A stretch of 64,000 bases of DNA, from contig CALWTH010000041.1 of the NCBI GenBank assembly GCA_944384405.1, positions 65,394 to 129,393 of the forward strand, read 5' to 3'. The stretch comes from an uncultured Clostridia bacterium. Lineage in GTDB: Bacteria > Bacillota > Clostridia > Christensenellales > UBA1242. The notes below the pieces were generated by a model. That model did not search any database. It had not been told where the DNA came from and was given only the letters and a program-made list of their open reading frames with translations. A program made the translations under genes and the position numbers. Numbering within the stretch: the first letter of the stretch is position 1; every line of letters starts with the position of its first letter. Below are positions 46,801 to 58,800 of the stretch, in pieces.

Positions 46801-49800
46801 CATAAATATTCGAAGTGCTTGTCGAAACATATGAAACCCTATCATAACTATTGGCAATTCCTGCAACGTGTGCTTCTTGAGAAACTTTTGCATATCCTAA
46901 TTTCTTGTAAACGTCAAAACCGCCATTTCCATTATCTCTGAAAATTCTTGGATGAGTTGCCCCTTGTTCGTCTTCATGAATATAATTTGTCGATTCACCT
47001 TCAAATGTATAATTATACTTTGCATTTCCTATTATATTTTCAGCACGTACATAACTGTTTGAAATATTACCGCCAAAGCCACTTATGCCTCCAACATAAC
47101 TTTTAGAAATGTTATAAGGATTTCCTGCAAAAACTGATGATGTGCCAAATAAACCAGAATTGATTATTTTTCCGGTACCATTATTGCCAATTACAGTTGA
47201 ATCTGCTTGAGATATCAAGTAACCTGCACCACCAACAATTCCACCTGTATAAAGATTTATGCTTGTATTTGAATAAGTAGTGTTTTGTGATTCATCTGCG
47301 TATAAGATATCAGATAATACATACATATTATTTGATAGATAAGAGTTTTCAACAGTTCCATTTTCAAGCAGTCCAACAACTCCACCAGCAATGATTGTCG
47401 ATGTCGCAGTTGGTACGCTGCTGAATGAAATCATAAGCTCTTTATCAATTCGACAATCTTCTACAGTCGCTTCACCTGTGACATGACCAACTATTCCACC
47501 ATAAATAAATGATGAAACTGTAATTCCTAAATTTAATTCAATAATATTGTTATTATCTTTATTGTCTGTTGTTATTAATTGACATTCAGATAGCTTAGAT
47601 CCGCTTCCAAGTTCACCAACAACATTACCATAATAATATGCATTATACTCAAGCTTTTTATTTCTATATATATCTGGGTTTATAGAAGTAATTTTTATAT
47701 TGTTAATATTGGTAGATTCAGTTTTATTTGCAAGCAATCCAACAATGTAATCATTAGCATTTATATCTATAAATAAATTTTCTATAACCAAGTTTTTTAA
47801 TTCACTACTTGTTGTTGTATCAAATAGTCCCCCACCTCTCGTAGTTAAGTTGGATATTTTGTGTGTATTTCCTTGAAAATCATTCAACCCTTCATTTGTT
47901 ATGTCCATCACAGGTGTAAGGGTATCATAACCATCAAGGACAATATTCTTGATATTTTTTATTGATGTCCATTTCAAAAGCGATGATGTTGAAACATAAC
48001 TAGCGTTTATATCATTAACTAAATTGTAATAAGTTTTTTCTGTTGGAGAATTTTCCAACTGTTTAAGTTTACCAAGGTTTGGAATTTGATATGGACTACT
48101 TTGCTTACCATTACCTGTATCATGGCGCATATATTCAATTGACTGGTATGCTCCACCACTAAACGAACCATAGCCATAGGCATATTGACTATCATAATTA
48201 AATGTTCCGATTTGATGATCTTGATCTGGCAATGTGCCAATATAGTTTGTGCTTAAATCTTCTGTATTAACACCGCTGCCGCTACCTTGAACTAAAAATT
48301 CAGCAGCAATTTGATCATAATAACTCTTTTTAACATAAGTTGCATCGTTATTTGAATCAAAGGCAAAGATGTGGTACTTTAATCTCATGTTGTTACCACT
48401 TATATCATTTTCATAAACAACTCTCATATTAGTGTAACTGTCGTAAACCTTACCTGCTGCTAAAAGGTAAACATAAAGATTTGAACCTTTCTCCGAAACA
48501 GCATTTGGTGCGTCTATATTACCACTACTATAACTATTTACCACCATTCCATCATTAGTTCCAACAAGTCCAGCAACTGCGACATCTTGTGCCTCACCAG
48601 TTTCATTTTCTTCTTGTTTTCCAACATATGATGGATTATTTCCGCCATCTTCATATTCCGTTGAAATATTGAGGCTTACAAAACTATCTTTTATAAGTCC
48701 GCTATTTTCACCAACAAGTCCAGCAACAGCACCTTTCCCGGCATCAATTGTTCCAACAAGTTTTTGTTGATTGCCTGATAGTGCATTAGTTGAATCTGAA
48801 TCTAAATTGTTGAAAATACTATTACTTCTGCTTACATTGCAAGAATATATGATACCCTCATTTTGGTATGTAAGGCCAGCGACTGGCAATGTATTATAAC
48901 TTGCAACACCAGAACTATCTTGTCCAATAACAAAACTTGCAACAACAACTATTCCTGATACACTGCTATTTTTATCTATTGATTGTATAGGAGATAATGA
49001 CGACTTTGAATCCTTATTTATATTTGTATTTGAGAATGTCAAAAGTGCACCGTCACCAATCACCACCGTATTGGTTAAAGCAGTAAGCTGATGTACTCCA
49101 CCATCAGTGTTATCTGAAAGTTTAACATACCAAGTTTGCTCATCATCAATAACACTTGCTCTTTCTTGAGAATTTGAAGGATTTAACTTTGTACCAGCAG
49201 TTTCGCCGTTATAAAGAATTTGACTATATAACTCATCTTCTTCATCAAGGTCAATTATTACCTCAATATTGTCATAAAGTGTTGTATTCCCTGCTATTCC
49301 AGAAAGTATATTTTCATATGAAACATTATTACCTAAACTATCAGTACACAAAGTTGCCACATGTGCATAATAGTTTTCATTATCTATGGTGACACTTTCT
49401 GTGCCTGAGCCAACTAGCGCATTCACTTCATATGTGCCTGATATATCTCTATCATATCTATTAAATAATGTTGCTATTGATATATTCTTTTCAATAGTTA
49501 AATTATCATTAACAACCCCAACAAGTCCGCCATATGTTAAACTTGCAAGGTTAATTGAAACTGACTTTGTTATTTCTGTCTTGTTTTGTGAAGTGCTCTT
49601 TTTATAAGATGGATAGAAGTTGCCTGTACTTATATTATTTCTTAAAGCAACACTTGAACTACTTACAGTTGCAACAATACCAGAAAAGATCAAAGATACA
49701 TTTGAATAATCTTGAGTTTCATCATTTATGACTATGTGCTTAATGTCACCGAATGAATAACAATTTTCTATTGAACTATTATTTGTTGCCCTTCCAGCAA

Positions 49801-52800
49801 TTCCACCAACGTAAATAACATAATTATTTTCACCGCTAGTTTGTTCCAAAATTATTTCGCCATAACTTTCAGCTCCATATAATGTTCCGTTAGTCAAACT
49901 TCCAACAATTCCGCCAATATAATCGTAGTGTCCATTGCCTTGCACAGTTATATCAACAAGCGACTGAATGATATGCTTGTTATTATTTACCAAGTTCAAG
50001 TTTGTCAAACTACCAAATACAGAGCCAATGTTGTTTCCATTGTCTTCGCTTATACCCCTGGCGTTGATTACATTTATTCCAGCACCAACATCCGGTACAT
50101 TATTGTTTGATACATCTATGCTTGTATTTTCGTTAAAAACAATATTTTGTGAATATCCAACAATTCCACCTATACTTGAATTTGCTGTCGTTACGTTCAT
50201 TAAAACATCGACATTGATTTCATCTAAGGTTATATTTTGACTATAACCTATAAGTCCTCCGACATAAGAATCAATAAACATCACATCGTCTTCTGCTGAC
50301 AATTCAATATCTAGATTATTTGAAGACACAATAGCATTGTCAACATAACCAAATAGCATTCCCAATCTAAGTCCATAGATTTTAGAATCAGTGGAATCAG
50401 AATTAAACTTAATACCTGATTCAAAAACACCAAATTCATCTTGGTCATTTGTTGAACCATCAATAGAGATTTGACTTTCATTACCAGTTGATGATGCTAA
50501 TCTTCCTGCAACCAAACCAACATAAAGCGAATTATTTTGATTGTTTTGTGCATCAGTGAAAATAATGTGGCTTTGTTTTATCGCAATTGAAGAAATTGAA
50601 CCTGTTGTTAAATATGATTCACCAAAAACTAAGCCAACATACAAAGATGTGCTTAACAAATTACCCGAATTGTTATCTTGTGAAGTTGACGCCTTAAATG
50701 AAATATCACTTTCTTGTATTTTGATATTCCTAAAAGATGTACTTCCACGTGCCATACCAGTTACAAGTCCAAACTGTGAAGTCGATGTGTTTATATTTGC
50801 TTTTACACCCCTAAATGTCAAATCAGCAAATGTTGTATTTGTTGAATTAGCGACAAGAATTGCATTTTGGCTAGTATTTGCAGCGCTTTCAAAAGTAGTA
50901 TTTTCAAAAGCTATTGTGAAATTACTAAATGTTGCACCAAGTGTGTTTGTGAAAAGCGCTCTTGTCTGTTTTGCTGTATTTTTAAACAAGAAACCGTACT
51001 CATATCTATTATCAAGTCCTCTCAATTCGCCTGAGAATGCGTTGATAGGAGTTATTGCACGTGTAATTACAACATAACGTACATCTTCTGGATAACCTTG
51101 ATGACGTTTATCGGTCATATCTGGATCAATGACAAATATATCATTTTCACCTGCAGTACGCATATCTTCTATATCTTCCTCAGTTCTTATATAGTGTATA
51201 CCACCTAAATAACCAAATACAATATGTGGATAAAGTTCATTGTCATCTCTGCTCCAAGAAGATTTATCCCATCCATTGCCAGTGAAATAGACATCATAAT
51301 TTTCACCATCATCACCAGCGCCTGTTATTGTGTCAACAAATGAAGGCAATGATGTGATTATACCACCTCCTGAAACATCATTTATATATTGTTGTGCAGA
51401 AGGAGTAAGTGTTTCACTTGCATCTGTAAATTTAATATTTTCTCTGTTAAAAGATATAGAAGATGTGTAAGTAGTATCTATGTTGTTGATATCAACAAGA
51501 CTATCGTCTACTCTAATAATAGCATTTGCTTGACCTTCACCACCTAAAAGCCAATCACCCCAATAATTTATTGCATTTACTTTGTCAAGACGCATACTTG
51601 CGCGTGCAAGTCCAACAATTCCTGAAGCATATTGCGATTGAACATCACCAGATGCATAAACTTCAATAATATTTGTTTCAACATAGGTGTTAGGATTTGA
51701 TGACATTTCGCTTAAACCAATTATGCCACCAGCATAAACACCGCCATTTTGTGAGTTTTGTGTTCTTGTGTTAATTACATTTAATTTAGAGTATGATTTT
51801 TCAATTTTTCCACTAACTTGCAAACCAACAAGACCACCAATAGCAATAGGGGTGTAACCTTCTGTCATAAATAACTGAGTATTACCTCTATCAATATCAT
51901 CATTATTTGGATAATTTGCATAGTAATTTTTGATGTTTGCTTCAATACTTTCATCGCCATCGTCATTTGGATCGTCATCACCAATTTGCCATGATTTTTC
52001 ATGCTCACTTCTCACTTGACGAATATAACCAGCATTATATCCAACAATACCACCTGCGAATCCATTATATGAGTATATTCCTTGTCGAGAATAGTTTTGT
52101 GAATCAACATAACTAAGTTCATATAAGGCATCTTGAAGAACTGTTAATGGTCCAATATATCCGGTAACTCCGCCTACCGTACCACCTGAAATAATATTTG
52201 TTCCAAGTGTTTTTAGCATAATAGCATTGCCATCAGAAGATATTTGTTGTTCAGCATATACCGTTGTATTTATAGAAGCTGAAGTATAAGCATCAAGTAC
52301 ACCAACAACACCACCTGCATAAGAAATGTAAGCGTTTAAAATATCGCTTGTTCTATTGTATGTATTATAAGAGATATAACTATTTGAAATATAGTTTGTT
52401 GGATTCATGCTTGCCGTTACACTGATATCCTGTACACTTAAATTGAATATATATGAATCACCAATTACGCGTCCAATAAGTCCACCAACAACGTTTTTCC
52501 CTCTGACTGTAACATTACTTGCATTATCATAAGCCGATACAAGAGAAACATTAACAACTGTTGAATTTTCGACTGTTCCACTAAGTGCACCAACATACTC
52601 AACCCCAGATGCTTCAACCCCAAACACGTCACCACCTGCGTTAGTTGAACCTAAGACTAAGTTTACGTTTTGGACAATAGCGCCATCGGTCACACTTGCA
52701 AACATACCAAAATTAACGGCTTCGCCGTCTGGGTCAGAAAGAGCTAGTCCAGAGATTGTTAAGCCATTTCCATCAAACTTACCTATTGAACCTTGATTGC

Positions 52801-55800
52801 CCACATCTTTGTATTTTCCTGTTAGTGTCATGCTTGATGATGCAAGGGTGTAAGTGTTGTTACTATCTGTAATAAGTTCACTTAAATCTATGTCATTTAT
52901 TAATCTATATGAACCAAAAATCTCGCGAGAAGATGTATTCACATATCTTGACGCACTTGAATTGTCTGTGCCACTAAACACTTTTGCGAATTCTTCTGCT
53001 GATCTTATAAGAATAGGGTTGTTTTTTGAACCATATCTATACTCATCAACATAGGCAAATATTGGTCGAGTGCTTTGATCTGCATTGCTTGCATATCTTA
53101 ATGAAACAGATATTTGATTTGCACTGACAAGTTCAGGTCCTACACTTGTCATAAACCATATTCCATCATTTTCATCTTCTGTCGTTTTGTTTGCAAAACT
53201 AAAACCATAGAGATAATCTTCATCAGTGATACTTGAAATATATTCAGCACCTTCACCATATGCCGATTCAATAAAGACTGATGAGTCAGAAAGAGAAACT
53301 TCATCATAATAATATGAATTGGTAATTTCTCCCAAATTCTGATAGTTGCCAAAGTCATCAACACCGGCAAAATTCATCTGGGTAGTTGTTGTGCCCACAA
53401 TTCTTGAAAGAGACAAACTTTTTTCAACAACTCCTGATTCTGTATTTCTATAAACAAAGCCAGCGCTGTTTCTTCCTGGATTATTGTTTTGATTTGTTAG
53501 CGTTAAGTTAGAATAACTGTTGTTTATTTCGCCTGAGTTTTCATAAACAAATCCAGCACTTATACCAGATGTTTCAATACCATAAAGTGTAGCATGAATA
53601 TCTGTGCTTTCTCTTTTAACTCCCTTTGCGTAACTTGCACTGATAAGTCCAGCGTTTTCAACAACAAAACCTGCAGTAATAGTCGTATAATCTATGTTAC
53701 TATTATTAATTATTCTTATATTTGAAGCATAAGAACTAACGATGTGCCCTGAACTTGTGTTACTGTAAACAAAGCCAGCAATTTCACCAAACGATGAAAT
53801 TACAAATGGTGAAAGGAAATGTGTTTGAGGAGAAATTATACCTGTGTTTATAAGATCTCCATTTGAGTCGTATTCAACTACACTCTCTCCGCCAACACGG
53901 CTATTGGTTATGATTCCATTATTTGTGACAACAAAACCAGCAGTAATTGCTGAAACTCCAATAGTTGAATCAGTTGTTAAACTAAGCCCTGTAACAGCAG
54001 GTGCTATTTCGTTTGTAAGATCTCTAAAACTTACAACTTCGCAGTTTGTTATTATACCATTGTTTGTTATTGCTATAGGAGCAATATTAACTGTGTTTGT
54101 GTAAGCCGAAGTAATAGAAATTGTGTTTAGATGGAACACATTAACTCTTAAATTTTTAAGCGTAGTATTTGAAGATACAGTGTTAAAGAGCGCTAAATCT
54201 ATTTGAGATTGTGTGTTGTCATAGTTAAAGCTTACAATGACAATTTGATGACCGTTTCCATCAAGACTACGTAGTTTTGAAGTATCTTGAGCAGGAGTGT
54301 AATCGTAAAGGTGGATATCTTTTGTCAAAATATAGTCTTCTTCTGACTCGCCATTTAGTGCGTTTAAAAATTCTTCTGCGTTTGAAATTTGTGATGGTGA
54401 ATCATCGCTTGTTGGATCAGAAATTACTATTGAGAAGAAGTAATTATATGTGCGAATTGAAAGGTCAGGCATTTGAACACGCATTTGAAGTAACATTTGT
54501 TGTGTTCCGTTTTGTGTACCAATAAATCTTATATCGTTATCAGTTTGTTCAAATCTTACAATAGTATCACTTGGTGAAGTAATTTCACCTGAGTTATTTA
54601 ATACAGGAGTATATACTTTACCATTTACATAATATAAGTTATATAAAAGTGAATTATTTTTATTTCCATCAATATTTACAATATAATCGCCACTTACATA
54701 ATAATTATTTTGAGTAAACTCATTGTATGCTTGCTCACTTGCAGAAATCGAGCCATCTTCATTTTTAACATACCTTCCACCAAAGTTAAATTTTAATGTA
54801 TGGTAGAAATATTGGTCACCAGTTGCAATATCTGTGCCCTCTTCATTTGCAATATGAGTGTTAGAGAAATCAAGTTCAAAATCAATGACATAAACTACTA
54901 AATATGAGTAAACTGTTTCTTTTACTCCGTTTATTGTACGTGAAGTATCAACTCTTACTCTAAAGTTACTTGCATTTTCTCCAATTTCAATATTTATGGA
55001 AGCTTTGTAATAACTTGTTGCATATTCTTCACGATCTGAATCGCTGACACTTGATGGAAGACTTACATCACCGGCAACCATAGTATCGGCACTGTTATCA
55101 GAGCCCGGATCAGTACTTGAAGGCAACACAAAGGCAGTGATTGAATCTATGCTTTGAGTCTGATCCCAAATTATGTCAGCAGTTATTGTTTCACCACGTA
55201 TTGCATATATTGAACTTTCTCCATCAACTGTTATCCCAGCCTTTTCTTGAGGAACAATAATGAGAGAGTAAGGCAATGTGTACATAACCTCATCGCCGTT
55301 CATAACATTTACATATATAGTATAAACAGTGTCAACTTGAACACCTTCTGGAACTTTAACCCTTACATAATACCTTGCGACTTCACTTTCACTGTCTACT
55401 TTATAAACTTGTATACCATTGGTGATATATGCAAATGTATTAGCAAGATTTACACTATAGCCCTGACCTTTTTTTCTCATATTCAAAAAGCTTAGAGCTA
55501 TACCATTTTGTGGTTCACTTGTGACAGTGATGTGAGTGTATTTTGCATATGAAGGATAAACCATTATATCCAAAAGTCCTGTCGTGTTTGGTGAAGAAAC
55601 ATTGTTTGGATAGTAGTTGTAAAGTGAAACACCTGTTTCGCTAGACGCACCACTTCTTTGAGAATAATGATTAATGTCAACGCGAAGCACTTCTTGATCA
55701 AGAACTGTAAGTTCAAGAGTTGCTCTCACATCATCATACTCACTTGGACTATCTGTGCTGAAAACAACTGTGTATTTGCTGTCAAACTGTGTAAGCTTGG

Positions 55801-58800
55801 TATTCAATCTTATTGTTACTTGATAAATCCTTGTTGTTGTGTTGTTTTCGTTCTCAGTTTCGTTTTTCAGTGTTACATCATACAAAACATCGTCTGAATT
55901 TATTAACTGAAGATTACTGTCATAAGTTTCAATGACAAGTTCAATATTTTCTAAATCTTCAAGATATCTTGTATCAGATGTAACTTCAACATTTGTCACT
56001 AACTGATCGCTAGCAGAAATTGTTGCTCTATTAACAGAACTTTCAATAGAAATAGGTCCATAAATTTTGTGCAAAGTTATTGTTTTTTGAGTGTAAAGTT
56101 TAATAGAATCACAATTATTTTGATTTAATCCATCAAGATAAAGATATGTCAAAATCTCAATATCATCTTGATTAAAATCTCCAACAATGGTATGAGTACC
56201 AAGTGTTGAACCCAATATAAATCCAACATTTTGTTCATCTTCTGACTGAACAAAGCGGATAACATAATTGTTTTGAGCAAGTGGTATTGCCCTATCAACA
56301 AGTATGATAGAAGATTCAAGAGATGAAATTAATGTTTCATTTACTCTTGTTCTTATATTAATTTTTGAATAATCACCCAAAGTTTGTCCATTGTATGTCA
56401 AAACAAGTGGCGATGTGTAATAAATAACTGTAACATTTATTTGTTTTGCTCCCACTGAATAGTCATATAAAGAAGTTATAGTTAAAGTTGTTGTTCCAGT
56501 ATTTTTAATTGTCAAACTATTAGTTGATGTCACGACGACACTTGGATTAGATGATGTGACAACAATTCCGCTAGCAGAATATGTACCAAAAAGGTCACCA
56601 TATGATATGGTGTTTACAACTGACATGAGTTGTTGTTCCCTGCTTGTCAAATTTACGCCATTTGCACGATAGAAGAACATTACAACTTCGCCACCATTTT
56701 CTGCAAGAGAAAGCCTTGACTGAGTGATTGTCAACTCAGCCAACTGTTTACCTGTTATTGCCACAGGTGGTTGGAGATTATATATGTATGGAAATCCATG
56801 ATTTACTGACTTGTCTTGTTGCCACCAAATTGCTTTTGATGTATCCATAGCAACATCTGGATAACTTTGTGTGGCACTGCTTGAATATGTTCCGGTAATT
56901 GTCCTACCCAAAAGGTTGGTCATATAATAAGTAAATACATAATTTATATTTGTATCTATATCATCTATATTTGTAGTAATAGTGTAACTATCTGAAATAA
57001 TGGAAGTTAAATCTTCTTCTGTAACATCTGCAAATTCGCCAAAACTTCCAATGTCGGCAAAACATTTATCAATACTTACATCTTTTGATGAAATTTTTCC
57101 AACAATTGCTCCAACATTTTGTGATGTTGATATTGGGTCTTTACTGAAAGAATAAGCATAACTTGACTGGATTTTTCCATGACCTGTAAGTTCACCAACA
57201 AGTGCACCAACTATATGTCCGTCTATGTTAGTTGTTGTATTGCCTTCAAAATTATAGAACAGTACTTTACTATTTATTATTTCGCCGTCATTAACTGCAA
57301 CTATACCACCAACAACAGAGTCCTCCCCTGTGGAAGTGATGTTTCCAGCAAATGTTACATTTTCAATTAATCCATAGTTTTTCTGAGCAATACCACCAGC
57401 ATCACCAGCAGAGTTTACACTTGAAGGTGTTATTACCTCTCCTTGGCTGTAAACACTTACTGTAACATTTTTGATTGTTCCATAGTTTGTATCAACAAGC
57501 ATTGAAGATGCATTGACATTACCAACGATAGCCAAGTCTGATATGATTGCCTTTTCTGACAATGTTCCAAAAAGGTTATTGGAGTTACCACTAAATGTTA
57601 TTGTAACGACATTTTGTGAACCCTCATTAGCACTTCCATAAAGTCCACCATTAAACTCGCCAAACAACTGATTTGAACTTGAATAAGTATCTCCGCTTAA
57701 AAGTATGTAGTGCAAATCTGAATTTGTTATTTCGCTTAAACTTGTTATTCTTAGAGCAGTTTCACGTGTTCTACCATCAGCAACAAAAATGTCAACTTCG
57801 GCATATACATATCCATCGCGATAATATTCATGACCATTATTGTCAACAAACACGCTGTCTTTTGGAATTACTCTTATCTTACCACTTCCACCTACCGTAC
57901 CTTGTGTTGTGATAAATCCATCTTCACTAATTGTTAAAATAGTACTTAGTGTTCCACTGTCTGGAATAAATCTATAAACAACACCTTTGTTAAGTGCGTC
58001 ACTTGGCAAAACACTAACTGCAAGTTTGAAAGATGTCAAACTGATGTCATTAGTAAGATTTGGCGCTTCCAAATAAATACCATCTTCGCCAACATTGCCA
58101 ATTATCACCTCTTCAACAAGTTGAGGTTTTTTCATTGTAACCGTCAAAGATATTGAATACTCGTTTCTGTCAAGGTTCAAATCACGAGAAACAAAATTTA
58201 TTATTGCAGATTCAAACTCAGTTGCCCCTATATCATCTGTGCCATCATCGTTTCGAGTAAGCGCACGAACAAGGAATTGATAATCATTTATTTTTTCAAT
58301 TTCAAAATTAATTTTTCCGCCAGGAACAAAATACTGATATAATCCATCGCCAACACTTGTCATACCTTCAATTTCCAAAAGGTTATATGTTGGAAGTGAA
58401 TTGCCACGATTGACGGTAAATGTGACAATTTGTTCACTTAGTTGAACATTTTCTTGACCAAGTTCATCGGCAGGATAAAGGCTGACTTCTTTTGAATCAA
58501 TCTCTATTGAAATAATAGGATTATAAATTTCAACTAACAAATACCTGGATATTTGAATATCGCTGTAAACATTTTCGCCATTGTCATCAACAATCTGTTT
58601 TCCAGTGAAGATTGCTCTTACCCAAACTTTACCAACAGCGATTGGAGATATGTATCTAAGTGACCTTAAATAGTTAGCACTGATAACTTGTGAAGTGTTA
58701 TTTGAAAAATTCTCATCATTAGGCTTGTTTTTTCCAAAATTAACATAACCGCTATTTTCGTCATAGACATCGTCAACAGTGCTGTCATAAACATAGTCAA

